Positions 30,504 through 40,610 of a DNA stretch of 64,000 nucleotides are shown here, in pieces. The stretch covers positions 259,860 to 323,859 of the forward strand of contig CALRBF010000001.1 in assembly GCA_943354045.1 (NCBI GenBank), read 5' to 3'. Made by a program: the position numbers and the translations under genes. Origin of the DNA: Parcubacteria group bacterium (GTDB taxonomy: Bacteria; Patescibacteriota; Minisyncoccia; SW-4-49-11). Under the pieces are notes generated by a model. That model did not search any database, was not told the DNA's origin, and was given only the letters and a program-made list of their open reading frames with translations. Within the stretch, counting starts at the first letter, position 1. Each line of letters opens with the position of its first letter.

Positions 30504-30932
30504 TTATACTCTTCTTGGCTTACGGGCACGGGTTCCATTATGAGGAACTGGAGTCAAATCTTTAATAGACAAGATATTTAGTCCAGCTGCTGCAAGCCCT
30601 CGAATAGAAGCTTCTCTTCCTGGTCCTACACCTTTAATAATAACCTTAATATCCTCAAGCCCAGTTTTCTTTACTTTTTCTACTACTGTTTTTGCAACAA
30701 GAGTAGCAGCATATGGAGTTGCTTTTTTAGCACCTTTGAATCCAAGGGCTCCAGAGGAAGACCATGCAAGAGTATTTCCTGAAAGATCAGCTAAAGAAAC
30801 CATAGTATTATTATATGTAGAAATAATATACCCGATTCCTCGAGATACTTTTTTCTTAGATGAAGTTTCCTTTACCCCGACTTTTAGTCCAGATGCTGTA
30901 TCTCCCTTCTGTGCAACGCGCTTCTTTCCCAT
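30504..30932 (-). CDS. rpsK: 30S ribosomal protein S11
   Basis: Conserved S11 sequence. Confidence 0.92.
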   Translation of the reverse strand: MGKKRVAQKGDTASGLKVGVKETSSKKKVSRGIGYIISTYNNTMVSLADLSGNTLAWSSSGALGFKGAKKATPYAATLVAKTVVEKVKKTGLEDIKVIIKGVGPGREASIRGLAAAGLNILSIKDLTPVPHNGTRARKPRRV

Positions 30933-30949
30933 AAATACTTATTTAATGA

Positions 30950-31333
30950 TTATGTCTTCTCTACTTTTCGTCGTCCACTACCCATGGTTCGAACAACATT
31001 TCCACGAATAGTTCGAGAGTTAGTTTTGGTTCGGCCCTTAATTGGAAGTTTTTTGGCATGCCGACTTCCTCGATATGATCCAATATCCTTAAGTCTCTTG
31101 ATATTAGTAGCGACTTCTCTTCGAAGATCTCCTTCAATTTTATAATTTTTTTCAATACACTCTTTTAGTAAAGCAACTTCTTTTTCATCTAATTCTTTAG
31201 CTTTCTTATAAGGATCAATACCGGTTATAGCCAAAACTTTTTGTGAACGAGTTAACCCAACACCATATATGTAGGTGAGTGCAATTTCAACATTTTTATA
31301 CTCTGGGATGACAACTCCTGCAATTCTAACCAT
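30950..31333 (-). CDS. rpsM: 30S ribosomal protein S13
   Basis: 'MVRIAGVVIPEYK'. Confidence 0.92.
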   Translation of the reverse strand: MVRIAGVVIPEYKNVEIALTYIYGVGLTRSQKVLAITGIDPYKKAKELDEKEVALLKECIEKNYKIEGDLRREVATNIKRLKDIGSYRGSRHAKKLPIKGRTKTNSRTIRGNVVRTMGSGRRKVEKT

Positions 31334-31351
31334 AATTTACTCTATCTTATA

Positions 31352-31468
31352 TTATCCTTGACGTTGCTTATGTCGTGGATTTGCTTCACAAATAACACGA
31401 ATCACTCGCTTTCGCTTGATGACTTTACATTTGATACATCGTTTTTTAACTGAAGCATGAACTTTCAT
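31352..31468 (-). CDS. rpmJ: 50S ribosomal protein L36
   Basis: Hand-translated 38 aa '[38 protein letters not shown]'; absent from the ORF track (shorter than 60 aa). Confidence 0.85.
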   Translation of the reverse strand: MKVHASVKKRCIKCKVIKRKRVIRVICEANPRHKQRQG

Positions 31469-31476
31469 ATAATATC

Positions 31477-31710
31477 CTAATTCCTTCTAGTAATTCTTCC
31501 TTGCGCGAGATTATAAGCACTCAATTCTACAGTAACCTTATCTCCTGGCAATACTTTGATATAATGCATACGCATTTTTCCCGAAAGATGGGCTAATATC
31601 TCTGAATTGTTTTCCAGTATAACACGAAAGGTTGTATTTGGCAATACCTCACTGACAACTCCTTCTTGTATAAGAAGGTTTTTTTCGTTTAAATCCTGGC
31701 TTTCGAGCAT
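31477..31710 (-). CDS. infA: Translation initiation factor IF-1
   Basis: S1-like 77 aa '[14 protein letters not shown]...[16 protein letters not shown]'. Confidence 0.9.
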   Translation of the reverse strand: MLESQDLNEKNLLIQEGVVSEVLPNTTFRVILENNSEILAHLSGKMRMHYIKVLPGDKVTVELSAYNLAQGRITRRN

Positions 31711-32285
31711 AGGGTGTAATAACTCACTATCAATAATCTATTTCCTAGTATAGGACAGTTTTCTTATCTTGTCAATATTATATTATAAATATCAAATAAT
31801 TATCTTGATATTGCCCTAATTTAATCAATTACCAGTGGTTTTAAAGCGAAACTCTATCAAAAATATTTTTATACAATTCAGGTATAGGATAATTACTATA
31901 AAAATAAAATACTCTTCCTTTTCCTTCTTGACTCTGTTAGTGCAAAGGGGGGTAAGAGTATTTTATTTTGCTCTATTTCTGACAACCTCGTGGTATATAT
32001 AGAGTTTGCCAGAAAATAGATATTCTTTTCTAATCTTTGGCTAACGCCTGTTTATTTTTGCCAAAGGTGCTATTGTGTTTGGGACTTTGTTTTTATATTA
32101 CTTAAACGATTATTAGTTTGGGTTTTTGTTTATGATTGTAAAGATTAGAGCAAGAATTCAATCACAAGTATATATATAACTAAGGACTAATATGTACCAA
32201 TACTTGTGATTGTATGATTACTCTATACCTCACTCTTGTATTCTATCAGTTTAATTATATACACACTAGAGGACTTATCCACAAT

Positions 32286-33500
32286 TTATTTAATTTGGTC
32301 CAAAAGATATTTCATTGAAGTCTGTGATGAGGCTATCACAATATAATTTTCTAAACTTGACACATCAGCTGAATCGGTTGGAGAAGTATAATTATAATAA
32401 TAATTATTATAAACTTTTCCTGCAGAGTTAGTTATAGTTGTTGTTTTAATTTCTGGGTTATTTACAATTCGTGAAGGAGAATTGAGTGAGAATGAAGACA
32501 AATCACGAGGTATTGAGGTAGCCCAATTATCTACAAGAGTCTTTGCTGTTTGACCTGTATTAAGTTGAATTACTGCTGTTAGCTTGTATATACCCTCTTG
32601 ACTATATCCATATAACCAATATTCAGTAATATTATCAGTGATAGTTGTAGGTATGATTAATCCAAAAGCTGTAGAGATATCAATTAATGAAACTTTTTTA
32701 CCATCTTTTGTTAAATTCAACTCTATCAATGGAGACTTTTGTCCATTTAGACTTGTAGCAATAGTTTTACGTATTGGTTCAGTGTCATTAAAAGCTATAT
32801 CATTTTTTGCAATACCGGTAAATAATGGTTTAGTAACAACTGTTGGAGTTAGAGCTGTTGTAGGAGTATTAGGTTTTTCGGTATTATTGGTCTGAGTAGG
32901 AGTTGTGGGAGTGGAGCGAGAAATATAGAGATATATTCCAGCACCAATAAGTCCTAATAAGAGAAACATCACTAATCCTGTAATAATAGCTTTGGATGGT
33001 AATTTTTTTGGTGAATTACTCACAACTTCTTGTGATTCAGTAAAATTTGGTATATTGCTTAATGGCGGAATAGTAGCAGTACTCAAATCAGGCTTAGCTG
33101 AATCATTCAATGGCAAATCTACTGTTGAATCTAAAGCAGAAAATCCCGATTTCAATTCTGGCTTTGTAACTGAAGAATTGGGAAGAGATATATCCTTTTT
33201 ACTATCAACTACAGTAGATGAACCGGTATTAATATTACTCCAAGAGTAGCTGGAATCTTGCGGAGCCAATGGTTTTGACTGTGGAATATCTTGTTTTGTA
33301 TCATTAATATCTAAAGTCGATAAACCTCCTTTATTAGATACAGGTTCTGTTGATGTAACTGGACTATCAAGATCTGGTCTTGCTTGTACAAAATTACCAG
33401 CTTGCTGCAATCTATCCTGTGGATTGACATTATTCAAATCTAAGTCTGTTTTGAGAGTTCTTAATGTTCCTGGAATTGTATTTTGATTTTGATCGGGCAT
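32286..33500 (-). CDS. Hypothetical S/T/P-rich membrane protein (central TM helix)
   Basis: TM 'IITGLVMFLLLGLIGAGIYLYI'; low-complexity N-terminal half. Confidence 0.45.
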   Translation of the reverse strand: MPDQNQNTIPGTLRTLKTDLDLNNVNPQDRLQQAGNFVQARPDLDSPVTSTEPVSNKGGLSTLDINDTKQDIPQSKPLAPQDSSYSWSNINTGSSTVVDSKKDISLPNSSVTKPELKSGFSALDSTVDLPLNDSAKPDLSTATIPPLSNIPNFTESQEVVSNSPKKLPSKAIITGLVMFLLLGLIGAGIYLYISRSTPTTPTQTNNTEKPNTPTTALTPTVVTKPLFTGIAKNDIAFNDTEPIRKTIATSLNGQKSPLIELNLTKDGKKVSLIDISTAFGLIIPTTITDNITEYWLYGYSQEGIYKLTAVIQLNTGQTAKTLVDNWATSIPRDLSSFSLNSPSRIVNNPEIKTTTITNSAGKVYNNYYYNYTSPTDSADVSSLENYIVIASSQTSMKYLLDQIK

Positions 33501-33521
33501 AATTGTATATTTATCAGTTTA

Positions 33522-35582
33522 TTATTCAGTATAGGGAATAAGACTTATTTTTCCCTCCGCATCTACTTTTTTAATTTTTACTCGTATATTCTGATGTAAT
33601 TGTAACACATCTTCCACATTATTAATATGTTCTTTAGATAATTCTGAAATGTGGATAAGTCCATCTATTCCTGGCTTTATCGATACAAAGGCTCCAAATG
33701 GCATAATTTTTACTACCCTTCCCTCAAATATCTCTCCTTCTTGTGGCTCATATACTAAATCCTTTATCCACTCTTTAGCTCGAATCACCTGAGTTGCATC
33801 TTGACCAGTAATAAATACTTGCCCATCATCTTCTATATCAATTTTTACTCCCGTCTCATCAATAATACTATTGATGATTTTACCTCCGGTTCCAATAACT
33901 TCTCCAATTTTCTTGGGGTTAATTGCAAAGGTTTCAATTTTAGGAGCATATTCTGAAACTTGATTACGAACTTCTGCAATCACACTCTTTAGCGTGTCAA
34001 GAATAGTAAGCCTAGCTATTTTAGCTTTTTCCAAAGCTTCTTTTATCATAACAATAGACATACCCTGCCCCTTAATATCCATTTGTATTGCATTAACTCC
34101 ATTATGCGTTCCTGCAACTTTAAAGTCCATTTCTCCAAAATGATCTTCTGGCCCCTGTATATCTGTTAAAATCTTATATTTACCATTTTGCTCTACAATA
34201 CCCATAGCAATTCCAGCCACAGGAGCTATTATAGGAACACCTGCTGCCAAAAGAGCCAGGGTTGAAGAACATACACTTGCCATAGAAGATGATCCATTAG
34301 ACCCCAATACCTCTGTTACAATACGAATAGTATAAGGAAAATCAGCTACATTAGGCAATACTCCTTCGAGAGCCTTCTCAGCCAAAGCCCCATGACCTAT
34401 TTCTCGTCGTCCAGGTCCACGAAGTTGCCTAACCTCTCCTACAGAAAAAGGAGGGAAATTATAATGATGCATAAATCGCTTTTTGATTTCATCTTTCATC
34501 TCATCAATAATTTGAGCCTCCCCCGGAGAACCCAAAGTCAAAATAGATAATGTTTGTGTAGTTCCACGATTGAATAATCCAGACCCATGTACTCGAGGTA
34601 ATATATCAATTTCTCCACTCAGTTTTCTAAGCTCATTTACAGCTCTTCCATCAGGACGTTTTTCTTGTTCAATAATATTTTGCTTAAATACAGCATCTAA
34701 TTCTTTATCCAAAGTATGCTCTACCAAATCTTTATGATCAGGATAAGCCTGATTGAGTTCAGTTAGCAATATATGATGAGCTTGTTTGGTAGAAGGAGTA
34801 TCCCCATACAAAGCAGAGTCTAATTTCCCTTGCACAAGAGACTTAATCCCCTCTATAATCTCATTATTCGATTCTGAGACAGAAACCTCTCTTTTAGACT
34901 TACCAATATCGGCAATAATAGTATTCTGGAAATCTATTATTTTTTTAATTTCTGGAGTCACTACTTCAAAAGCTTTCAGTATAGTCTCTTCAGGAATTTG
35001 TTTCCCTCCAAACTCCATCATTACCAATCTCTCATCAGCATTAAGCGTAATAATAGTATCAAAATCTCCTTCTTCCCTTTCATCAAATGAAGGGTTAACA
35101 ATTATCTCTCCATTTTGCTGCCCTACCCTGAGAGCGGCAACAGGACCATTCCATGGAATATCTGATATAGATAAAGCCAGAGACACTCCCAATAAAGCAA
35201 CTGCATCAGGATCATTCCTCTCATCCAGAGACAATGTCGTCACAATAACTTGTATCTCATTACGAATTGATTCATCAAAAAAAGGTCTTATAGCGCGATC
35301 AACTAGACGGCCAGTCAATATAGACTCATCACTAGGGCGACCTTCACGCTTTACAAAGCGGCTCCCCTTGATCTTACCATTGGCATAAAATTTTTCCTGA
35401 TAATCAACAAAAAGGGGTAAATAATTAGAGCTTACTGGTTTATCCGACATTACAACAGTTACTAATACTGTCGTCTCTCCTAGAGAAACCAAAACAGAGC
35501 CATCGGCTTGATTAGCTAATTTACCCGTTTCTACTTTTAGTATTTGTCCAGCTATTTGTGTTTGATATGTTTTGAAACTCAT
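33522..35582 (-). CDS. pnp: Polynucleotide phosphorylase
   Basis: 686 aa; two RNase PH domains plus KH/S1 C-terminus; rpsO upstream. Confidence 0.92.
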   Translation of the reverse strand: MSFKTYQTQIAGQILKVETGKLANQADGSVLVSLGETTVLVTVVMSDKPVSSNYLPLFVDYQEKFYANGKIKGSRFVKREGRPSDESILTGRLVDRAIRPFFDESIRNEIQVIVTTLSLDERNDPDAVALLGVSLALSISDIPWNGPVAALRVGQQNGEIIVNPSFDEREEGDFDTIITLNADERLVMMEFGGKQIPEETILKAFEVVTPEIKKIIDFQNTIIADIGKSKREVSVSESNNEIIEGIKSLVQGKLDSALYGDTPSTKQAHHILLTELNQAYPDHKDLVEHTLDKELDAVFKQNIIEQEKRPDGRAVNELRKLSGEIDILPRVHGSGLFNRGTTQTLSILTLGSPGEAQIIDEMKDEIKKRFMHHYNFPPFSVGEVRQLRGPGRREIGHGALAEKALEGVLPNVADFPYTIRIVTEVLGSNGSSSMASVCSSTLALLAAGVPIIAPVAGIAMGIVEQNGKYKILTDIQGPEDHFGEMDFKVAGTHNGVNAIQMDIKGQGMSIVMIKEALEKAKIARLTILDTLKSVIAEVRNQVSEYAPKIETFAINPKKIGEVIGTGGKIINSIIDETGVKIDIEDDGQVFITGQDATQVIRAKEWIKDLVYEPQEGEIFEGRVVKIMPFGAFVSIKPGIDGLIHISELSKEHINNVEDVLQLHQNIRVKIKKVDAEGKISLIPYTE

Positions 35583-35597
35583 ATATATAGGGTGAGC

Positions 35598-35873
35598 TTA
35601 TGCTCGAAGCCCAAGTTCTTTGACAATTGTCTCAAAGGCCTTGGGGTCAGTTTTTTTTAGATAAGATAGTAGTTTCTTTCTTTGAGAAACAAGATGAATA
35701 AGCCCTCTTCGAGAATGAAAATCTTTTCGATTAACTTTTAAATGCTCAGTTAAGTATAAAATTCTCTCCGTAATCAAAGCAATTTGTACAGAAGTAGAGC
35801 CATTGTCAGTTTTATGACTTTGGAATTTTTCAATAATCTGCTCTTTTGAGGCTGTATTTAACATAATTAACAC
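35598..35873 (-). CDS. rpsO: 30S ribosomal protein S15
   Basis: 'GSTSVQIALITERILYLTEHLKVNRKDFHSRRGL'. Confidence 0.92.
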   Translation of the reverse strand: MLIMLNTASKEQIIEKFQSHKTDNGSTSVQIALITERILYLTEHLKVNRKDFHSRRGLIHLVSQRKKLLSYLKKTDPKAFETIVKELGLRA

Positions 35874-35963
35874 CTATTAAACTTAGTAGTTAGCTTTATA
35901 ATAGCATAGTTTTACTCTTATTGCAAGAGTTGGGGTGTTGTAATTACATATTATTATATTATG

Positions 35964-36125
35964 TAGGGGAGCTAGAAAAATTGTCCTCCTTTGCCTGCCT
36001 GCGGTAGGCAGGGAGGAGCTTTCAGTCCCTCCTAAATAAATATAGGAGGAGGTGGCACAGAGTGCCGGAGGTGGATTTTTTCTCTGGTTGGTGTAGCCAG
36101 GCGACTTGGAGGTCGCCCCTACGAT
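35964..36125. repeat. Mosaic palindromic repeat (m1 + m2 + m3)
   Basis: 'ttgtcctcctttgcctgcctgcggtaggcagggaggagctttcagtccctcctaaataaatataggagg...ggcgacttggaggtcgcccctacga'. Confidence 0.75.
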
Positions 36126-36145
36126 ATTTATAAGATATATAAACT

Positions 36146-36170
36146 AAAAACTCCCCCAAGGGGAGTTTTT
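36146..36170. terminator. Bidirectional terminator
   Basis: 'aaaaactcccc aa ggggagttttt' perfect hairpin. Confidence 0.65.
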
Positions 36171-36187
36171 AGTACTGTGATCTAATA

Positions 36188-36742
36188 TTATTTAGACCAC
36201 TTAGACTTGCTGGCATTCCATGCTCCAATACCTCCACGAGAGATTTTGAAAGCCATGGCCTCAACATTAGTCTTAGCGTCAAATGGGGTTACCCATTCGC
36301 GACCCATTTGTTTTAAAGTTCCAGCCCAAGTTCCTCGAATAAACTGTCCACAACCAGAAGCTGTAGAGTTCTTATTCTTAGCAAGAGCATTTCCACCAGA
36401 CTCAGCTTTGATAATTCTAGTCATCAAATCAGCATCAACTCCGTATTTTTGAGACATCTCAGGCACATAATCAAAACATGAACCCTGAGTAGGAATACTT
36501 TGTAACTCAGCTTCAACAGAAGCAAAGTAAGATTTTTGGGTCTGTACAGTAACTTGTTTTACAGGTACCTCTACAGGTTTTGGAGTAATAACTGTTTCAG
36601 TTGAATTAACTCCATGTAAAACAGAGATTTGAGACTCGGTATACGAGTTATCAATGACAGCTTGTTGATCAGCAGGAACAACTCCTGTAGCACCAACAAT
36701 CAAGGCCATTGCAATATATAATGTATCCATTAAGTGGGACAA
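36188..36742 (-). CDS. Lytic transglycosylase-like (SLT/lysozyme-like domain) secreted protein
   Basis: N-terminal signal peptide; 'KAESGGNALAKNKNSTASGCGQFIRGTW' resembles the SLT catalytic region. Confidence 0.5.
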   Translation of the reverse strand: MSHLMDTLYIAMALIVGATGVVPADQQAVIDNSYTESQISVLHGVNSTETVITPKPVEVPVKQVTVQTQKSYFASVEAELQSIPTQGSCFDYVPEMSQKYGVDADLMTRIIKAESGGNALAKNKNSTASGCGQFIRGTWAGTLKQMGREWVTPFDAKTNVEAMAFKISRGGIGAWNASKSKWSK

Positions 36743-36874
36743 CCAGTAATCACTCTCAAGACTCTAATCATAAACAGGGTAAACATAGATAAATCTAGTC
36801 TTATCTTTGAGAGATGGGAAAGAGTATAGCATATAATTGACAAAAAGTCAATACATTAGTAGAATAGTACCATT

Positions 36875-36958
36875 GCCGAGGTGGTGGAATTGGTAGACAC
36901 GCATGCCTTAGGAGCATGTGCTTATAGCGTGGGGGTTCAAGTCCTCTTCTCGGCACCA
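36875..36958 (+). tRNA. tRNA-Leu (anticodon TAG), CCA encoded
   Basis: 'gccgaggtggtggaattggtagacac gcatgc cttagga gcatg...ggttcaagtcc...cggcacca' with long variable arm. Confidence 0.85.
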
Positions 36959-37031
36959 AGTAAAAAATATATATTGACAATAGAATAGCTTTTGTTATAC
37001 TGAATTCGTTCAAGTTCGAAGTTCCTTAACA

Positions 37032-37604
37032 ATGATTACTCAAAAAATCGTTGGGCTTGTTGTGTATGCCTTTGGTACACCTCACTCAAACGAGTCCAAC
37101 AAGGCTTTAGTAGGATATGTTCTGCAACTTATTCAACAAAGGTCTGAGATTAGATTTCGTATCTATACTCAAAATGACATCCAGTTTGAATTTTCTGACA
37201 TGGACGTCACTTATTTTCCTCAACTTCATGATGAAGAGGCTCCACCGACCTTGCGCATTGCTCGTGGCGCAGCTCAATGGGCTAGACATCACATAGACGA
37301 GCTGTTTGTGATAGCTGCAACACCTCATCGTTGGAGAGCTCTTCGAGACACTCGAAAAGCCTTCAAGGAGGCCGTTGTCCATATCCCTATCGAGCTTGCC
37401 AATTTCAAACACCCGTATTATATTCATGATAATGGACTCTATTTTTATGAATATGAGTCCAAAGGGATCATCGATGATGATACGGGCTACTGGTTTGATC
37501 CCAATGGGACACAAATCCGAGCAACCTCTCGTAAACACTGGGAAGGGCGAGAACGCATTCTGCGTTTTATGCCTTATCCCCTCTACTGCATCGTCGCCAA
37601 ATAG
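37032..37604 (+). CDS. Hypothetical protein (GC-richer than its surroundings), tRNA-adjacent
   Basis: 190-aa ORF about 75 nt after tRNA-Leu. Confidence 0.4.
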   Translation: MITQKIVGLVVYAFGTPHSNESNKALVGYVLQLIQQRSEIRFRIYTQNDIQFEFSDMDVTYFPQLHDEEAPPTLRIARGAAQWARHHIDELFVIAATPHRWRALRDTRKAFKEAVVHIPIELANFKHPYYIHDNGLYFYEYESKGIIDDDTGYWFDPNGTQIRATSRKHWEGRERILRFMPYPLYCIVAK

Positions 37605-37708
37605 TCCTTCCCCATCATATCTTCGGATATCGATGGGGTTTTTCTTTTTACCTTGCTTTTTTATCAAAATTTCTTTATACTAAATATAATATTGGAGAAA
37701 ATACTGAC

Positions 37709-38437
37709 ATGAGTACAAAAAAATTAATTCAGGTAGATAGCGTTACCAAATACTTTAATCTTCAGAGTAAGAATACTAGCCGCTCTGGCGGGCAAATGGA
37801 TGGTTTTCAATCATTCAAAAATACTATTAATCCTGTACTCAAGGATATAAGCCTAGATATTAATCAGGGTGAATGGATTGGTATTATTGGAAAAAATGGG
37901 AGTGGTAAAAGTACTTTTCTTAAACTTTTGGCTGGAGTACATAGTCCTGACCAAGGAAATATCAATATAGAAGGCTCAGTATTGCCCTTTTTTGGTCCTG
38001 ATGAAATGCTACATCCTGAAGGAAGAGTTGAAGATGCAGTGCTTGTGAAGGCTCTTCAAGTTGGGCTTCCTCGTGAAGATGCAGCTAAAATCTATACTAA
38101 TATCGTCAATTTTTCTGAACTTCATGATTATACTTCTCAAAAAATTAAATTTCTCTCTACTGGGATGAAAACCCGTTTGATTCTTGGTCTTATATTAAAT
38201 ATTAATGCAGATATTTATCTTTTTGATGAAATTCCTGCTACTACTGATGCTAATTTTCAAGTAAAAGTAAATAATAGATTACAAAGACTAAAGAAAATGG
38301 GTAAAACTGCTATTATTGTTAGCCATAATATGGACGAAATTCAACAACATTGTAATAAATGTATACTTCTACACAAAGGAGAGCTAATCGCCTATGATGA
38401 TACCGCATCTATTTTAAAATTATATAATCAAATGTAA
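37709..38437 (+). CDS. ABC transporter ATP-binding protein (TagH/Wzt-like export ATPase), no adjacent permease
   Basis: Walker A 'GKNGSGKST', signature 'LSTGMKTRL', Walker B 'IYLFDE'. Confidence 0.75.
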   Translation: MSTKKLIQVDSVTKYFNLQSKNTSRSGGQMDGFQSFKNTINPVLKDISLDINQGEWIGIIGKNGSGKSTFLKLLAGVHSPDQGNINIEGSVLPFFGPDEMLHPEGRVEDAVLVKALQVGLPREDAAKIYTNIVNFSELHDYTSQKIKFLSTGMKTRLILGLILNINADIYLFDEIPATTDANFQVKVNNRLQRLKKMGKTAIIVSHNMDEIQQHCNKCILLHKGELIAYDDTASILKLYNQM

Positions 38438-38444
38438 TAAGGAT

Positions 38445-38897
38445 TTAATCCTGCAATAATTTATCGATTTCGTGACGGAATCCTTTAATAGTGCGAAAAT
38501 CTCGATAAATCGATGCAAATCGAATATAAGCAACTTCATCAAATACTTTTAGATGCTTTAAAACGGTATCTCCAATTTGTTTAGTTGAAATTTCTTTGGG
38601 ATCTTTTTTGAATAAATCCACTTCAATTTTAAGGATAAAGTCTCTAATTTTATCTTGAGTAAAAGGTCTTTTGTGTAGCGAAATTGAAACTGCTTTTAAT
38701 AATTTTTCACTACTATATCGCTCTTTTATACCTGATTTTTTGATTACCATTACATCGAGCACTTCCCTTGTCTCAGCAGTAGTAAATCGATAATTACATT
38801 GTTCACAAATTCGACGACGTCTTACAATAACTCCATCACGGGATAGCCTAGAATCAGCAATGCGAGTATCTATATGTGAACATTGAGGACATTTCAT
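38445..38897 (-). CDS. nrdR: Transcriptional repressor NrdR
   Basis: Zn-ribbon 'MKCPQCSHIDTRIADSR...CEQCNYRFTT' plus ATP-cone. Confidence 0.88.
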   Translation of the reverse strand: MKCPQCSHIDTRIADSRLSRDGVIVRRRRICEQCNYRFTTAETREVLDVMVIKKSGIKERYSSEKLLKAVSISLHKRPFTQDKIRDFILKIEVDLFKKDPKEISTKQIGDTVLKHLKVFDEVAYIRFASIYRDFRTIKGFRHEIDKLLQD

Positions 38898-39415
38898 TTT
38901 TTCTTGGAGCTAGATTTTTTGATAGCAGGCTTGAGGAATGGGAGGAATAATAATGGAGATATAGTCCAAAATACCTGAAATGAATCTTTACTAAATAATG
39001 ATTTTTCTATCGTATTAAGGATAGATTTGTCTTGAGTTTTGATTACACTCAAGATATTGACAAGCAAAAGTCCCGCTACTGATACTCCAAATAATAAATT
39101 AAGTCCAAGATTTTTCTTTGATATGGAGAGTCCGCTGCCCAAAGCTGATATTTGCAAAGCCCAATTCACAATAAGAGAAAAAAGTATGAATAATACCGCA
39201 TCCCCAGGTAAATTCCCTATTTTAGGAATATCCCAGGGAAATACAGATACTACTACTTGTCCGATATACAGGGCGAGAGCTAAAATAAAAATATCTTTCA
39301 CCCCTTTTTGATAAATATAAATGGAAAGTCCAATTATAAGTACTATGCTAATCACAAAGTCTCCGGACAATGAGCTAAATGTTACTTTACCAAATAACGG
39401 TTCAAATGCATCCAT
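38894..39415 (-). CDS. Small integral membrane protein
   Basis: 4-5 predicted TM helices; 4-nt overlap with nrdR. Confidence 0.45.
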   Translation of the reverse strand: MDAFEPLFGKVTFSSLSGDFVISIVLIIGLSIYIYQKGVKDIFILALALYIGQVVVSVFPWDIPKIGNLPGDAVLFILFSLIVNWALQISALGSGLSISKKNLGLNLLFGVSVAGLLLVNILSVIKTQDKSILNTIEKSLFSKDSFQVFWTISPLLFLPFLKPAIKKSSSKKK

Positions 39416-39448
39416 ATTTTTATATACTTAAAGTTTAATTTAAGTATA

Positions 39449-40543
39449 TCATATTCCTTCAGATTGCAAATCTTTTAGCAATTGTTGTGCTCGGCGAGAT
39501 AAATGTTTTGGGGTAATAATTCTCACCGTTACAAACATATCTCCTTTACCTCGGCTTTGTAAATGAGGCATACCTTTTTCCCGAATACGGAATATTTCAC
39601 CTGATTGCGTAGATTTAGGAATTTTTAAATTCAATTCTCCTGCTAAAGTATTAATATCTACATCTCCCCCTAATGCCGCTGTGGTATATACTATATCTTG
39701 TGTATAATAAATATCATAGCCTCGTCTTTCGAATTGTTTATGTTTTTTTACTCTGATATGAACATAAATATTTCCAGCTCTACCCCCAGCTGATGCTTCT
39801 CCCGCTCCTCGCATTTCTAGGGTTTGCCCATCGGATATTCCTTCTGGCACTGTGATTTCAATAGATTTACGCTGTTTCTTGACACCCTTTCCCTGACAAC
39901 TTTTACAAATAGATTCTGGAATTTCTCCTCTTCCCTGACACGTATTACAGGTTTCTCTTTGGGCAAAATTTCCGAGCATAGTCCTCACTTGCCTCTCAAC
40001 AAAGCCTTGTCCCCGACACTCAGTACATTGTTTCATTTTTTTATTCTGCGCTCCTGTTCCATCACAAGAATCACAAGCTATATTCAAATCTAATTCGACT
40101 GATTTAGATATACCACTATAAGCTTCTTCTAAGCTAATTTCTACCTCTAATTGTATATCGCGGCCTCTGGCTTGACCCTGAGAGCGACTTCGCCCATTTC
40201 CTCCAAATACATCAGAGAAAACATCTTCAAATCCTCCCCCAAAAGAAAATCCAGATTGCCCAAATAAATCTTCAAAAGAAAAACCTTGAGCATTTCCATA
40301 TCCTCCGAATCCACCAGCACCACCTCCAGCTTGCTGATAATTGGAGCCAAATTGATTATATTGTTGACGCTTTTGAGGGTCACTAAGAGTCTGATAAGCC
40401 TCATTTACTTCTTTAAACTTAGCCTCATTTCCACCTTTTTTATCTGGATGATAGGTGTGAGCAAGTTTGCGATACGCTTTTTTTATCTCAGCATCATTGG
40501 CATCCTTGGATACTCCCAAAATGTCATAATAATCTTTTGCCAT
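39449..40543 (-). CDS. dnaJ: Chaperone DnaJ
   Basis: J-domain 'DYYDILGV...HPD', G/F region, four CxxCxGxG repeats. Confidence 0.9.
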   Translation of the reverse strand: MAKDYYDILGVSKDANDAEIKKAYRKLAHTYHPDKKGGNEAKFKEVNEAYQTLSDPQKRQQYNQFGSNYQQAGGGAGGFGGYGNAQGFSFEDLFGQSGFSFGGGFEDVFSDVFGGNGRSRSQGQARGRDIQLEVEISLEEAYSGISKSVELDLNIACDSCDGTGAQNKKMKQCTECRGQGFVERQVRTMLGNFAQRETCNTCQGRGEIPESICKSCQGKGVKKQRKSIEITVPEGISDGQTLEMRGAGEASAGGRAGNIYVHIRVKKHKQFERRGYDIYYTQDIVYTTAALGGDVDINTLAGELNLKIPKSTQSGEIFRIREKGMPHLQSRGKGDMFVTVRIITPKHLSRRAQQLLKDLQSEGI

Positions 40544-40610
40544 TACCTTTATTCTAATTAATAATTCTTGTATTATAGTATATCGTATTAGCAGTAATCT
40601 GTGAAGAGTG

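Noticed and set aside
34786-35388. Antisense ORFs inside pnp, typA (50240..50752, 51557..51862), the pilin gene (7525..7740), suf genes and others
   Set aside because: Each is fully embedded opposite a well-supported conserved gene. They have no independent signals.
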